Assembly: GCF_000195855.1 (NCBI RefSeq)
Contig: NC_002677.1
Location: 2,460,001-2,492,000 of the forward strand
Direction: 5' to 3'
Origin: Mycobacterium leprae TN
GTDB lineage: Bacteria > Actinomycetota > Actinomycetes > Mycobacteriales > Mycobacteriaceae
Length of the DNA: 32,000 bases
Both the position numbers and the translations under genes were made by a program. This document shows, in pieces, positions 1-10,747 of the stretch (its first letter is position 1; every line of letters begins with the position of its first letter). The notes under the pieces were generated by a model. The model was not told where the DNA came from and made no database searches. It worked only from the letters and a program-made list of their open reading frames with translations.

Positions 1-191
1 GGATGGCGCCGTTAGTCGATCAGCAAAACGCCGAAGACCCAGCATATCGCCCGATGGCGCCTAATTTCGATGACAGCATCGCGTTCCTAGCGGCGCAGGA
101 ACTGATACTGTCCGGCGCACAACAGCCCAACGGCTATACCGAGCCGATCCTGCATCGCCGTCGTCGCGAATTCAAGGCACAGAACCGGTGA
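1..191 (+). CDS. glcB: malate synthase G, C-terminal end (partial; N-terminus lies upstream of the window)
   Basis: The frame is open from the window edge to a stop at 189-191. The peptide ...[45 protein letters not shown] matches the GlcB C-terminus as I recall it. Its position next to the Rv1836c-like gene fits mycobacterial synteny. Confidence 0.7.
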   Translation, partial: MAPLVDQQNAEDPAYRPMAPNFDDSIAFLAAQELILSGAQQPNGYTEPILHRRRREFKAQNR

Positions 192-385
192 CGGATGCAG
201 GCTGCTGGCGGCCAGCTGTGAGAGCACCACCAGCCGCGCCGCGGCTAAGGACAGAATCGGGTCCATCTAGATAGAACCGCTGCCTTACGCCAGCTCGGCA
301 TACGGTTATGTAGTCGATGACTAAACTCGGCGCCGAGTTCAAACCAGATCAGACACGGATCAACAGAAAGGCGGCGAATACCGGT

Positions 386-2518
386 ATGGGTAGGCACAGC
401 ATGCCCGACCCTGAGGATTCCATCGATCAGCCATCTAACCAATTTGCTGCATCCGGGCCGGATCAGAGCGACGAGATAGATCACGGCTACCAAAGCAGGA
501 TGGGGTACCCAGAGCCTGTTTTTGAACCAGCGGCTACCGGCTCGCCGAGCTACCGGAGCTACCCGCACGGAGCAGAGCATCCGGCTGACTCCACACCCGA
601 GGCTCTCGACGAAACCATCGATTACCAGAGTTACTGGGCGGAAGACCGCAACGAGGACCTTTTTGTCGATGGTGCAGCCGACGACCACCCAGACTTTCCT
701 CCCCGACCCGCGGGCTCGTCGACTAGCTCACAGGCACCGACCAGCCTGTCGCACCTATTCAAAGCTAGCCACCGTAGCGTCGGCAAATGGCAAGGCGGAC
801 ACCGCAGTGACGGCGGACGACGAGGGGTCAGCATCGGCGTGATCGCGACCCTCGTCGCGGTCGTGGTGCTAGTGGGCGCGGTGATCATGTGGAGTTTCCT
901 CGGCCATATCTTGAACAATCGCAAGCACCAGGCAGCCGCACGCTGCGTAGGTGGTCACCAGACGGTCGCTGTCGTCGCCGATCCGTCGATCGCCGATTAC
1001 CTGCAAGAGTTCGCCCAAAGTTACAACGCATCCGCCCGACCGGTGGGCGACCACTGCATGATGGTGACTGTCAAACCTGTCGGCTCGGAGGCAGCCCTCA
1101 CTGGTTTCAACGACAGTTGGCCAGCTAATTTAGGGGACAAACCGGCACTGTGGATACCGGGCAGCTCGATCTCCGCAGCACGGCTCGCCGTGACCGCGGA
1201 TCAGAAGACAATCAGCGAAAGCCATTCTCTGGTGACGTCGCCAGTGCTGCTAGCGGTTCGGCCCGAATTCGAGCAGGCCCTCGCCAACAAGGGCTGGGCA
1301 GCACTGCCCGGCCTGCAAACCAATCCGAACTCCTTGGCTGATTTGAACCTGCCGGCCTGGGGATCACTCCGGCTGGCCTTGCCGATGAACGGCAACAGCG
1401 ACGCCACGTTTTTGGCCGGCGAGGCGGTAGCGACTGCGTCGGTACCTGCTGGTGCACCTGCAATCCAGGGCGTGGGAGCAGTGCGCACCCTAATGAGCGC
1501 CCAACCCAAACTCGCCGACAGCACCTGGGCAGAAGCGATGAGCACACTGCTCAAACCCGGTGACGTAGCAACTGCACCAGTGCACGCTGTGATCACCACC
1601 GAGCAGCAGCTATTCCAACGCGGCCAGTCATTGTCAGACGCCAAGAGCGCTTTGGGATCCTGGCTACCGCACGGGCCTGCGCCTGTTGCTGACTATCCCG
1701 CGGTGCTGCTCAACGGCTCGTGGCTGACACAGGAACAAGCCGCAGCGGCCAGTGAGTTTGCTCGGTTCGTGCAAAAACCCGACCAGCTAGCGAAGCTGGC
1801 TAAAGCTGGTTTTCGAGTTAACGGCGTCACACCGCCGAGCAGTTCCGTTACCAGTTTCGCGGCGGTGCCTTCCACCGTCTCGGTAGGTGACGACGGGATG
1901 CGCGCCACACTGGTCGAAGAAATGATCCAGCCGTCTAGCGGAGTAGCAGCGACTATCATGCTAGACCAGTCGATGCCCACCGATGAGGGCGGCAAAACCC
2001 GGTTGGCCAACGTCGTGGCGGCCCTGGACGACAAGATCAATGCGATGCCGCCCACCTCAGTCATGGGCCTGTGGACATTCGACGGCCACAAGGGTCAAAC
2101 AGAAGTGACAACCGGTCAGCTGGCCGACCCAGTCAACGGCCAGCCCCGCTCAGCAGCGCTGACGGCTGCGCTGGACAAGCAATACTCATCCAACGGCGGT
2201 GCGGTGTCATTTACCACGCTGCGAATGATCTACCAGGAGATGCTGGCCAATTACCACGTTGGCCAAACGAATTCGGTATTGGTGATCACTGCTGGACCGC
2301 ACACCGACCAAACCCTGGACGGAGCGAGGCTGCAGGATTTCATACGCACCAGTGCCGACCCGGCCAAACCGATCGCGGTAAACGTCATCGACTTCGGGAC
2401 CGACCCCGACCAGGCAACCTGGAAAGCTGTCGCCCAGATCAGCGGAGGAAGCTACCAGAACTTGTCGACGTCGGCCTCTCTTGACCTCGCTACCGCGATC
2501 AACACATTTTTGAGCTGA
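386..2518 (+). CDS. membrane-anchored vWA-domain protein (Rv1836c-like)
   Basis: The long ORF is 317..2518. I prefer the ATG at 386 (MGRHSMPDPEDS...), which resembles the N-terminus I recall for the M. tuberculosis orthologue. There is a single hydrophobic helix (VSIGVIATLVAVVVLVGAVIMWSFL). The C-terminus has vWA-like strands (ATIMLDQSMPT, VMGLWTFDG, SVLVITAGPHTD). Start choice 317 versus 386 is uncertain. Confidence 0.85.
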   Translation: MGRHSMPDPEDSIDQPSNQFAASGPDQSDEIDHGYQSRMGYPEPVFEPAATGSPSYRSYPHGAEHPADSTPEALDETIDYQSYWAEDRNEDLFVDGAADDHPDFPPRPAGSSTSSQAPTSLSHLFKASHRSVGKWQGGHRSDGGRRGVSIGVIATLVAVVVLVGAVIMWSFLGHILNNRKHQAAARCVGGHQTVAVVADPSIADYLQEFAQSYNASARPVGDHCMMVTVKPVGSEAALTGFNDSWPANLGDKPALWIPGSSISAARLAVTADQKTISESHSLVTSPVLLAVRPEFEQALANKGWAALPGLQTNPNSLADLNLPAWGSLRLALPMNGNSDATFLAGEAVATASVPAGAPAIQGVGAVRTLMSAQPKLADSTWAEAMSTLLKPGDVATAPVHAVITTEQQLFQRGQSLSDAKSALGSWLPHGPAPVADYPAVLLNGSWLTQEQAAAASEFARFVQKPDQLAKLAKAGFRVNGVTPPSSSVTSFAAVPSTVSVGDDGMRATLVEEMIQPSSGVAATIMLDQSMPTDEGGKTRLANVVAALDDKINAMPPTSVMGLWTFDGHKGQTEVTTGQLADPVNGQPRSAALTAALDKQYSSNGGAVSFTTLRMIYQEMLANYHVGQTNSVLVITAGPHTDQTLDGARLQDFIRTSADPAKPIAVNVIDFGTDPDQATWKAVAQISGGSYQNLSTSASLDLATAINTFLS

Positions 2519-2543
2519 GCTCGTCGACGCGGTACGGAGCGCA

Positions 2544-3400
2544 ATGAACGTTGAATGCATTCCAGATCCCCAGCTGTACCTATTTCCGTCGGACTGTTTC
2601 GACAGCTCACGAGGGCGCATCCATTACATCGACGATGGAGATGCCCCGGCCAATGTTGTTGTGCCACGGCAATCCCACCTGGAGCTTCATGTACCACAAC
2701 ATTGTGGTCGCACTGCGTGATCGGCTTCGCTGCATCGCGCCCGATGATCTCGATTTCGGGTTCTCTAAGCGTCCCGCGGGATTCAGCTGCAAAATACACG
2801 AACACCTCCCCAAGTGGTGGGCAAGTTGGTCGTTGACCTGAACCAAGACCGCAGACAACTACCTGACGATGAACGAGGACTGGGGTGGAACGGATCAGCA
2901 TGACGGTCGCGGTCGAGCGTGCCGCTCGGGTGCGCGGCATGAATTTTAGGAAATACCTGATTTTAGCCGACAGACACGTGGACAACAAAGACCGTCAGCA
3001 GGAGTAGTGTACAGCCTGCCGATGCAGCTACCCGATCCTGCGATAAAATTTCTTTGTCGAGAGGCTGTATCCCCACCAGAACAGAGCGCCGACTCAGCAC
3101 CGCGGTGATAGCACATTACTGGGCGGTATAACCCAACGCCACAGCACGGTTGAGCATAGCCGAAAATGCCCAAGCAGATCCTGCCTGGCCGCCCGTCCTC
3201 TGCGGGCACGGCACGTGTAAGAAGTGTCAGCCAAACTCGGTACCAAACCGCCCTTGTTTGTGTAGGACATGAAGGATTTTGCCTTCAGACTTGACCCTAC
3301 GCTGCCGTGTATGCGCGAGACGCTCCCGAATAACATCCTGGTCGAACATGCACACTGCCAAGTAATTTCAAGCCGGCGATAATCCTCGAGAGCTTAGGCT
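2544..3400 (+). pseudogene. haloalkane dehalogenase-like alpha/beta hydrolase relic (Rv1833c-like)
   Basis: Homology runs through three frames. MNVECIPDPQLYLFPSDCFDSSRGRIHYIDDGD is in one frame from ATG 2544. It shifts to MLLCHGNPTWSFMYHNIVVALRDRLRCIAPDDLDFGFSKRPAGF. Later pieces NEDWGG, MPKQILPGRP and AIILESLG are separated by stops and frameshifts. Confidence 0.8.
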
Positions 3401-3418
3401 GGATGGTTCGGGGCCGGC

Positions 3419-6277
3419 TCAGACGAACGCCTCCACCGGCAGGCACGAGCACACCAAATTGCGGTCGCCGTAGACACCGTCGATACGACGCACCGGCGGC
3501 CACACCTTCGGCCGGAACGCTTTGCCAAGCGGATAAGCGGCCTCTTCTCGGGTATACGGATGATCCCAGTCGGAGGCCAGCAGGCACTCAGCGGTGTGCG
3601 GTGCGCCGCGTAGTGGGTTGTCCTCAACAGACCACTCCCCTGCACCGACGCGGGCGATCTCGCCACGGATGGCGATCATGGCCTCGCAAAATGCATCAAT
3701 TTCGGCCAGGCTCTCACTCTCGGTGGGTTCCACCATCAGCGTTCCGGGCACCGGGAAGCTCATCGTGGGCGCGTGAAAACCATAATCCGCCAAGCGTTTA
3801 GCAACATCGTCGACAGTCACACCAACCGACTTGGTGATCGGTCGCAAGTCCAGGATGCACTCGTGGGCGACCATTCCGTTCTCGCCGGTGTACAGCACCG
3901 GGAAGTATTTGTCGAGCCGACGGGCTATGTAGTTGGCCGAGGCGATTGCGGTCAGCGATGCCGTTCGCAGACCGTCGGCGCCCATCATCCTGATATAGGC
4001 CCACGTGATCGGCAGGAGTGAGGCGGACCCATACGGCGCCGACGACACCGGCTGACCTTGCGGCAGTTCGGGAGCAAAGGGGTGACCCGGCAGAAACGAG
4101 ACCAAATGCGAACGAACCGCCACCGGCCCGACTCCTGGTCCTCCGCCACCGTGCGGGATGCAAAACGTTTTGTGCAGGTTCAGGTGGCTGACGTCGCCAC
4201 CAAACTTGCCCGGCCGGGCCAGGCCGACCAGCGCGTTGAGGTTGGCCCCATCGACATAAACTTGACCACCGGCGTCATGCACCGCCGCGCAGATCTCGGC
4301 AATGTCATGCTCATAGACGCCGTGTGTGGACGGATAGGTGATCATTAACACGGACAGCCGGTTGGCATGCTCGCTGAGCTTGATACGTAGATCGTCAAGA
4401 TCAACGTCACCGTTATCGTGGCAACCCACCACGACCACGCGCATACCGACCAACGCCGCCGATGCGGCGTTGGTGCCATGCGCGCTTGACGGAATCAAAC
4501 AGACGTTGCGGTGCGGTTCCCCTCGGCTGACGTGGTAGTCGTGAATCGCCAACAGACCAGCGTACTCCCCCTGAGAGCCCGCGTTGGGCTGCAAGGAAAC
4601 CGCATCGTAGCCGGTAATCTGCACCAGCCAGCTCTCCAAGTCGCTAATGAGACGACGCAGCCCGGGGGTGTCTGATACTGGTGCGAATGGATGCTGGCGC
4701 GTGAATTCCTGCCAGGTAATCGACTCCATCTCGGCGGCGGCGTTGAGCTTCATCGTGCACGAACCGAGCGGAATCATGCTGCGGTCCAGAGCGATATCCT
4801 TATCCGCCAAGGCACGCAAGTACCGCATCATTGAAGTTTCGGTGCGGTACTTGGTAAATGTCGGATGCGTCAGGAACGCCGAGGTTCGGGTCGCGATATC
4901 CGGACCGGCGAAGCTCGCCCGCGCCGGCGTCGCTGCGAACGCCGCCAACACGGCCGTGATGTGCTCATCGGTGGTGGCCTCGTCACAGGCCACCGAAACA
5001 TGGTCGCCGTCCACGAGCCAGACATTGATACCGCGCTCCTTCGCAGCGCCCTGAATTTGCACCGTCCGGCCGGGTACCCGGGCCAGCACGGTGTCGAAGA
5101 ACGCCTGGTGTACCACCTCAACACCGGCTGCGGACAGACCGGCCGCCAGGGCGCGTGCCTGTGCATGCACCCGCCGCGCGATACCGGTCAATCCCTCGGC
5201 ACCATGGTAACTGGCGTACATCGCAGCCATCACCGCCAACAGCACCTGTGCGGTGCAGATGTTGCTTGTCGCCTTGTCTCGGCGGATATGTTGCTCGCGG
5301 GTCTGCAGCGCCAACCGGTAGGCCGGTGTGCCGTCGCTGTCGACAGAAACACCTACCAACCGACCCGGCAGCTGACGGGCATGCTTAGTGTGCAGGGCGA
5401 GGTATCCAGCATGCGGGCCACCAAATCCCATTGGCACGCCGAACCTCTGAGTAGTACCGAATGCGACGTCGGCGCCGATCTCGCCCGGTGGCGTAATCAA
5501 CGTCAGCGCTAACAGATCGGCACCGACAGCGACCAATGCGCCGCGGCTGTGGGCCTGGGCGATTAAAGCGGTCCAGTCGGTAATCCGGCCGCTGGCTCCG
5601 GGAAGTTGGGTGATGACGCCAAAGAACTCACCGTCCGGTAGTCCTTCGCGTAGGTCGGCCACAACGATGTCGATGCCTAACGGTTTGGCCCGAGTGGCGA
5701 ACACTGCGACAGTCTGGGCAAACACGTCGACGTCAACGACCACCCGGCTCGCCGTACTGCGGGCAGCACGGTACATCAATGTCATGGCCTCGGCTGCTGC
5801 TGTGCCCTCGTCGAGCATCGATGCGTTTGCGATCTCCAAGCCAGTAAGATCGCTGACCAGAGTCTGGAAATTCAGCAACGCTTCCAGCCGACCCTGACTG
5901 ATTTCGGGCTGGTACGGCGTATAGGGAGTATACCAGGCCGGGTTCTCCAAGATGTTGCGCGACAGCACCGCTGGCGTGAGGGTGTCGTAGTAGCCCTGCC
6001 CGATCATCGATACGGCAACGGTATTAGCACGAGCAAGCGCACCTAGCTCGGCTAGCGTCTCGGACTCGGTAGCCGGCGGCGGCAACCGGTCCAGGCCCGG
6101 TGCAACGCCGGTGTCGGTGACATTATCGAGAATGTCGCTAGGAACTGCCTTAGCTGCCAGATCGTCTAGCGATTCGACGCCGATGACTGCAAGCATGGTC
6201 GCAACGTCCTCGCTGTTAGGGCCAATATGCCGGGCTGTAAAGCAGGTCTGCTTGTTCGATGAGTTCGGTACCGACAC
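3419..6277 (-). CDS. gcvB: glycine dehydrogenase (decarboxylating), glycine cleavage system P protein
   Basis: An uninterrupted 952-aa ORF. The GTG start at 6277 is preceded by AGGAG 7 nt upstream. GcvP hallmarks are present: [22 protein letters not shown] and the PLP-lysine motif [21 protein letters not shown]. Confidence 0.97.
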   Translation of the reverse strand: MSVPNSSNKQTCFTARHIGPNSEDVATMLAVIGVESLDDLAAKAVPSDILDNVTDTGVAPGLDRLPPPATESETLAELGALARANTVAVSMIGQGYYDTLTPAVLSRNILENPAWYTPYTPYQPEISQGRLEALLNFQTLVSDLTGLEIANASMLDEGTAAAEAMTLMYRAARSTASRVVVDVDVFAQTVAVFATRAKPLGIDIVVADLREGLPDGEFFGVITQLPGASGRITDWTALIAQAHSRGALVAVGADLLALTLITPPGEIGADVAFGTTQRFGVPMGFGGPHAGYLALHTKHARQLPGRLVGVSVDSDGTPAYRLALQTREQHIRRDKATSNICTAQVLLAVMAAMYASYHGAEGLTGIARRVHAQARALAAGLSAAGVEVVHQAFFDTVLARVPGRTVQIQGAAKERGINVWLVDGDHVSVACDEATTDEHITAVLAAFAATPARASFAGPDIATRTSAFLTHPTFTKYRTETSMMRYLRALADKDIALDRSMIPLGSCTMKLNAAAEMESITWQEFTRQHPFAPVSDTPGLRRLISDLESWLVQITGYDAVSLQPNAGSQGEYAGLLAIHDYHVSRGEPHRNVCLIPSSAHGTNAASAALVGMRVVVVGCHDNGDVDLDDLRIKLSEHANRLSVLMITYPSTHGVYEHDIAEICAAVHDAGGQVYVDGANLNALVGLARPGKFGGDVSHLNLHKTFCIPHGGGGPGVGPVAVRSHLVSFLPGHPFAPELPQGQPVSSAPYGSASLLPITWAYIRMMGADGLRTASLTAIASANYIARRLDKYFPVLYTGENGMVAHECILDLRPITKSVGVTVDDVAKRLADYGFHAPTMSFPVPGTLMVEPTESESLAEIDAFCEAMIAIRGEIARVGAGEWSVEDNPLRGAPHTAECLLASDWDHPYTREEAAYPLGKAFRPKVWPPVRRIDGVYGDRNLVCSCLPVEAFV

Positions 6278-6444
6278 TCAGAAACTCCTGATGTAAAGTT
6301 AGAGCGCAACGCGATGATGTTGCCAACATCGCGTTCGTAACTGACGGTCACAGAACTCTCCCGCGTGAGGGCGATGCAGATCCAACTTTACCCTCCGCCT
6401 CGCACGCGAGGGTAAACAATAGGAAGCCGCTAACTACGCTGCAG
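6278..6444 (-). promoter_or_regulatory. structured gcvB 5' leader; possible degenerate glycine-responsive element or terminator of the upstream merR-like gene
   Basis: Read on the minus strand, the leader contains CGGGAGAG, which resembles the glycine-riboswitch GGAGAG core. It has a 7-bp hairpin (TACCCTC..GAGGGTA, about 6383-6408). It also has a strong hairpin at about 6309-6336 (AACGCGATG..CATCGCGTT with inner ATGTT/AACAT pairing) just upstream of the SD. The other conserved riboswitch blocks are not clearly recognisable. Confidence 0.35.
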
Positions 6445-7140
6445 TTAGCCAATTTTACGGTCGCGATGCTTGCGCCGGGAAGCCAGTTCGTCTTCCGGCG
6501 CAGCTATCGACTCGCCACCATCGGCGCGCTCACCACGGAAGTCGTCGATCACGCCGGTCAGCTCACGCATAGCGCCGGACACGGCAATACCGAACACGCC
6601 CTGCCCGCCTTGTAACAGGTCGACAACCTCTTCTGCCGACGTGCACTCATACACCGTAGTGCCGTCGGAGAACAAAGTGATATTGGCTAGATCCTGAACG
6701 CCACGCTGGCGTAAATGGTCAACGGCAACCCGAATATTGTGCAACGAGATACCGGTGTCGAGCAATCGCTTGACGATCTTGAGAACCAGGATGTCCTTGA
6801 ACGAGTACAGGCGCTGGCTGCCGGAGCCAGCCGCACCCCGGATAGATGGAACCACTAATGACGTCCGTGCCCAATAGTCCAGCTGGCGGTACGTGATCCC
6901 GGCGATCTGGCAGGCGCTGGGCCCGCGGTAGCCAACCAACTCGTCAGGCACGGAGTCGTCAGGGAAGAGTCCGGGTTGTGCTGGTCCGCTTACTGCGGTA
7001 GGGCCATTGAGGCCAATGTCACCATGGGTTGTAGCGGTCGGGGTGTCCCGGTAGTCCGCAAGGTCCAGCTGACCTTGACGTGGCTGCTCGCTCACGGTGT
7101 TTCCTCTCGCCGATCGCGCTCTGGTCACTAGATGCGTCAT
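6445..7140 (-). CDS. MerR-family transcriptional regulator (Rv1830-like)
   Basis: A 231-aa ORF. The MerR-type HTH is ACQIAGITYRQLDYWARTSLVVPS and the downstream block is SGSQRLYSFKDILVLKIVKRLLDTGISL. It sits in the conserved position between gcvB and the DUF151 gene. Confidence 0.9.
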   Translation of the reverse strand: MTHLVTRARSARGNTVSEQPRQGQLDLADYRDTPTATTHGDIGLNGPTAVSGPAQPGLFPDDSVPDELVGYRGPSACQIAGITYRQLDYWARTSLVVPSIRGAAGSGSQRLYSFKDILVLKIVKRLLDTGISLHNIRVAVDHLRQRGVQDLANITLFSDGTTVYECTSAEEVVDLLQGGQGVFGIAVSGAMRELTGVIDDFRGERADGGESIAAPEDELASRRKHRDRKIG

Positions 7141-7372
7141 TGGCTCCCCTCGGTAGCCATGTTTGGTCAGGCCCGAGTGCTAAAAAGCATACGCTGTTCG
7201 GTAGTTGCCCTACCTGAAGTGGTCATCAAAATATGACCGTCGCTAAAATCTGTCAGCACTATCCACTAGGCGTGTCGCATCGCAGTGCTATACGAGACGC
7301 ATTCGTGATGTTAGCGCAAGCGTCCGTACCCGCCTTCACGCCCATCGTTACACGGCGCGCATCGTCGCTGGG

Positions 7373-7867
7373 CTAGGTCGCTTTGAAATCGTCAGGCGAC
7401 ACGCTGTCGAGAAACTCCTTGAACTTCTCTACCTCATCCTCGCGAACAGCGCCGCCGACCTCCTCATCATTTTCGTCGGGAATCAGCAGGCCGGCTTGAG
7501 CAAGCACGACGTCCTCGACGTAGATCGGAACACCGACCCGCAAAGCGATCGCCACCGAGTCCGAAGGACGCGCCGAGACCTTGATATTGCGATCGAAGAT
7601 CAGATCAGCGTAAAAAGTGCCTTCCTGTAGATCGACGATCCGCACCTCTTTAAGTGAATGCCCAAGCGCGGCAATGACGTCTCTGATCAGATCGTGCGTC
7701 AGTGGACGGGGCGGTTCGATACCTTGCTGCTCCAGCGCAATCGCGGCGGCCTCCGACTGGCCGATCCAGATTGGCAGATAACGGTCACCATTGGCTTCTC
7801 GCAGCAACAGCACCGGCTGGTTCTGCGGCTGCTCGACACGAATGCCGACAACACGAACTTCACCCAT
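7373..7867 (-). CDS. bifunctional nuclease (DUF151) family protein (Rv1829-like)
   Basis: A 164-aa ORF. The conserved core is VVGIRVEQPQNQPVLLLREANGDRYLPIWIGQSEAAAIALEQQGIEPPRPLTHDL. Confidence 0.85.
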   Translation of the reverse strand: MGEVRVVGIRVEQPQNQPVLLLREANGDRYLPIWIGQSEAAAIALEQQGIEPPRPLTHDLIRDVIAALGHSLKEVRIVDLQEGTFYADLIFDRNIKVSARPSDSVAIALRVGVPIYVEDVVLAQAGLLIPDENDEEVGGAVREDEVEKFKEFLDSVSPDDFKAT

Positions 7868-7983
7868 CTTTGTCCGCCCTCCGCACTTGCCGCTGTGTTC
7901 GATTCAGGCTCGGCACGACGACACGGTAGACACCGTGCCTTGCCACGCCGCCGAACACCAAGCTGTCGAACGAAGTCTAATCC

Positions 7984-8739
7984 TCAGCGGTGTAGAACGC
8001 CGCGAACCGCAGATTTGATCAACGAAGTGTGCAAAGTGATGGCGAGCGCAGCAACCTCACGCGCCAAGTCGTCGGCGCGGTCACGGGCACCGGCCTTACC
8101 GGCTTTGACGATCGGCCCGGCGATTTGGACGATCAGGTCGGACTGGCGGTCAGCCGCTGACCGGAAGGCTCGCAGATGCCGCGGCTCAACACCGTACTCG
8201 GACAGCGCCCGCGCGCATTGGAGGATCACGATTGCATGCTCATCGAAAAATCCGCCCGGCCCGGTGGTAATCACACCGGCCTTGAGCAGCGCCGTCAACA
8301 AGTCGTCTGCCACTCCTGAGCGGTCCAAGAGGTCTTCTCGACTCAGCCGGACGCCGGCGGGCGATACCGCCGGGATGTCGGATCCGACCCCCGATCCGAC
8401 ACCGGCACCCGGGCCGCCCGTCACCGAAAACAATCGGGGTGCGACATAAGGCGACCCGAATGATGGTAACTCACCATCAGGCTGGGCGTCCAGCTGCGCC
8501 CTAATAACCTTCAGCGGTAGATAGTGATCGCGCTGTGCAGTTAGGATGAACCGCAGCCGTGCACAATCATACGCGGTGAACCGCCGGTACCCCGATGCAG
8601 AACGCTGAGGGGTCACGAGCCCCTCAGCCTCCAGGAAACGAATCTTGGAGATTGTCACATCAGGAAAATCCGACCTCAGCAGATCCAAGACCGCCCCAAT
8701 CGACATCCCGACCAGTGCCGGGCTATCGGGCGCACTCAC
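7984..8739 (-). CDS. MerR-family regulator (Rv1828-like; the corynebacterial counterpart downstream of odhI is, as I recall, FtsR)
   Basis: A 251-aa ORF. The N-terminal MerR HTH is [47 protein letters not shown]. Its start overlaps the garA stop by 4 nt (8736-8739). Confidence 0.88.
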   Translation of the reverse strand: MSAPDSPALVGMSIGAVLDLLRSDFPDVTISKIRFLEAEGLVTPQRSASGYRRFTAYDCARLRFILTAQRDHYLPLKVIRAQLDAQPDGELPSFGSPYVAPRLFSVTGGPGAGVGSGVGSDIPAVSPAGVRLSREDLLDRSGVADDLLTALLKAGVITTGPGGFFDEHAIVILQCARALSEYGVEPRHLRAFRSAADRQSDLIVQIAGPIVKAGKAGARDRADDLAREVAALAITLHTSLIKSAVRGVLHR

Positions 8740-9224
8740 TTGCCTGCGGTTCGCCCGGTGTCGTCATCCTGCTTGGAACCGATCAGGAACACTAAGCGGA
8801 ATTTGCCGATCTGCACTTCGTCACCGTTTGCCAATACCGCAGAATCCACCGGCTCACGGTTGACGTAGGTGCCGTTGAGGCTGCCAACATCGACGACATG
8901 GAACTCATTACCTTCTAACCGGAATTCGGCGTGACGGCGGCTCACCGTGACGTCATCGAGGAAGATGTCGCTGTCAGGGTGTCGGCCGGCGGAGGTGATG
9001 GCCTGGTCGAGTAAAAAGCGCGATCCGGCGTTTGGCCCCCGTTTGACGACCAGCAACGCCGAGCCCGCCAGAAGTCCTTCAACCCCGGATACCACGCTCT
9101 CAGCACCTGCCTGTGCTGGAGCGTCCAGTTCGTTGAGGAAGTCGGCGCGGAAGACCGAAGTCGTCTCCACGGTGACTTCGTCAGAAGTCTGGTCTTCTTG
9201 TCTTCCTGAGTCCATGTCCGTCAC
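8736..9224 (-). CDS. garA: FHA-domain glycogen accumulation regulator GarA
   Basis: The track ORF runs 8736..9299. The orthologue-like N-terminus [29 protein letters not shown] begins at GTG 9224, preceded by AAGGAG 6 nt upstream. This gives 162 aa. The ETTS phospho-threonine motif is present, as is the FHA core [43 protein letters not shown]. Confidence 0.93.
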   Translation of the reverse strand: MTDMDSGRQEDQTSDEVTVETTSVFRADFLNELDAPAQAGAESVVSGVEGLLAGSALLVVKRGPNAGSRFLLDQAITSAGRHPDSDIFLDDVTVSRRHAEFRLEGNEFHVVDVGSLNGTYVNREPVDSAVLANGDEVQIGKFRLVFLIGSKQDDDTGRTAGK

Positions 9225-9467
9225 CCGCTGCTCCTTACTGGCCGCTGTGGCGTTGCCTGACCCGGGCCACTCGGCCCGGCTTCCCGCTAGGTTCTCCACC
9301 TGGTACTGCCGATTACAGCCATCTAGGGCTCATGTGTCGACCGTACCGCGCGGCGGTCTGCAATGCGCCAACCACCACAGGATCGGACCCTCATTGCCCA
9401 GCTCCTCCTCGAGCAGCCCGGCGTCCGCATCATCGTCACGTGGGATTGCCAAGCACCCTAGCAATCA

Positions 9468-9866
9468 TCATTTGGTTAGCGTGCCGCGATAAGTCTCGGC
9501 GTCAAGCAGCGTTGCGATAGCTGACTCCAAAGCCCCGACGTCGGAGACGTGAACATCCAGTAGCCAGCCAGCGCCGTATGGGTCAGAGTTCACTAGTTGG
9601 GGACTGCCTTCCAGATCGGTGTTTACCGCCGACACTGTACCCGACACCGGTGCATACAAGTCCGACACCGATTTCGTCGATTCCACTTCGCCGAAGGATT
9701 TGCCCGCCGCTAACTCAGCGCCAACTTCTGGCAGCTGGACGAAAACCACATCACCCAGTGTCGACTGCGCGAAGTCGGTGAGCCCGACCCGGACGGTGTC
9801 TTCGCGACTGCGCCGAATCCACTCATGCTCAGCAGTGTAATGCAGATCGGACGGGATATCACTCAC
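9468..9866 (-). CDS. gcvH: glycine cleavage system H protein
   Basis: A 132-aa ORF with the lipoyl-lysine motif region GEVESTKSVSDLYAPVSG. The N-terminus YTAEHEWIR is typical of GcvH. Confidence 0.95.
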   Translation of the reverse strand: MSDIPSDLHYTAEHEWIRRSREDTVRVGLTDFAQSTLGDVVFVQLPEVGAELAAGKSFGEVESTKSVSDLYAPVSGTVSAVNTDLEGSPQLVNSDPYGAGWLLDVHVSDVGALESAIATLLDAETYRGTLTK

Positions 9867-9873
9867 GGTAATC

Positions 9874-10738
9874 CTATTCTGGTCGGTGATCTACTTGACG
9901 GGCTGAGCGTATTGGTGCGATTTTGGTGGCCGCAAGGCGGTTACGTCCACTCGATCGACTTGTTGCACCGACACCACGCGGCCAACGCATTTGACGCTGT
10001 CCTGACCACCCAGGTATCGATACCGACCCGTACCGACTGGTATGCATCATTGATCTCGATCGCCTCGGCGCCGGCGGCACACAACTTGTTGATCACGTCA
10101 AGCATTGCTTGGGGCACGACCCCGGGGCCGGTATCGTCGATCGTCAACGTGACACCCGGCCCAGTGACGCCGACGGCACCGACCAGTATGAACAGCACAG
10201 CCAATCGAGTCTGGGCGCTTTGGATGGGATGGCGGCCTGATCGGTGTTGCCTGATGCTTGCGACACGTTCAACATGTTCTGTAGTTCGGTCACTTAGGTG
10301 TTAACGTGACCTCGCGTTGCCGTAACGGACCTAGCAGCACCAACAGGTCGGCAGAACGCGCAGTTTTTAAGGAATCATCGGACTTGGTCTGGCAGACCTG
10401 GGTGACAATGGCGATCCCCAAGAGCAAGCACAACAGGATCACTAGCGTTCCAAACGCCAGACGCGAGCGACCGCTCCGCAGTGACCCGGACAGTCCCGTG
10501 CGGCATAGCGACCCGCTAAGTTGTCGCGGATAGTCGGCGGTAGTTCGTTGCGCCCATGGCGCGCCGCTTCACGAGCTTTGGGGTCGGTGTTGGGTTGAGT
10601 CATGCCGATTTGGCTCGTCACAACCTTCCCATTCTGGGGGACCAGCGTGTACCAGGGGATCCTGGTACACGCTGACCTCATATCGGTCATGGCACCGCTT
10701 CTCTTCCCACATATCACTCTTTCGCTCTGCATCGTCAC
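9874..10738 (-). pseudogene. DUF881 family protein relic (Rv1825-like)
   Basis: Only fragments survive in different frames. These include HGRNELPP... near the N-terminus and LFILVGAVGVTGPGVTLTIDDTGPGVVPQAMLDVINKLCAAGAEAIEINDAYQSVRVGIDTWVV (ORF 9941..10204). No continuous ORF of the expected size (about 290 aa) exists. Confidence 0.7.
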
Positions 10739-10747
10739 CAGTGCATG

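Noticed and set aside
2452-2988. 178-aa minus-strand ORF
   Set aside because: It is antisense to the dehalogenase relic and overlaps the 3' end of the vWA gene. It has no recognisable family features.
4865-5512. 215-aa plus-strand ORF, and other 60-135-aa ORFs within 3419-6277
   Set aside because: They lie entirely inside, and antisense to, the well-supported gcvB gene. They have Arg-rich, low-complexity translations.
6278-6444. Calling a canonical tandem glycine riboswitch
   Set aside because: Only a GGGAGAG-type block is recognisable. The conserved ACCGAAGGGGCAA and CTCTCAGGCAAAAGGAC-type blocks are not evident by eye. It is kept only as a low-confidence regulatory leader.
7658-8449. 263-aa plus-strand ORF
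   Set aside because: It is antisense to the DUF151 and MerR genes. It is Arg/Ala/Pro-rich with no recognisable domain. This is a typical high-GC antisense open frame.
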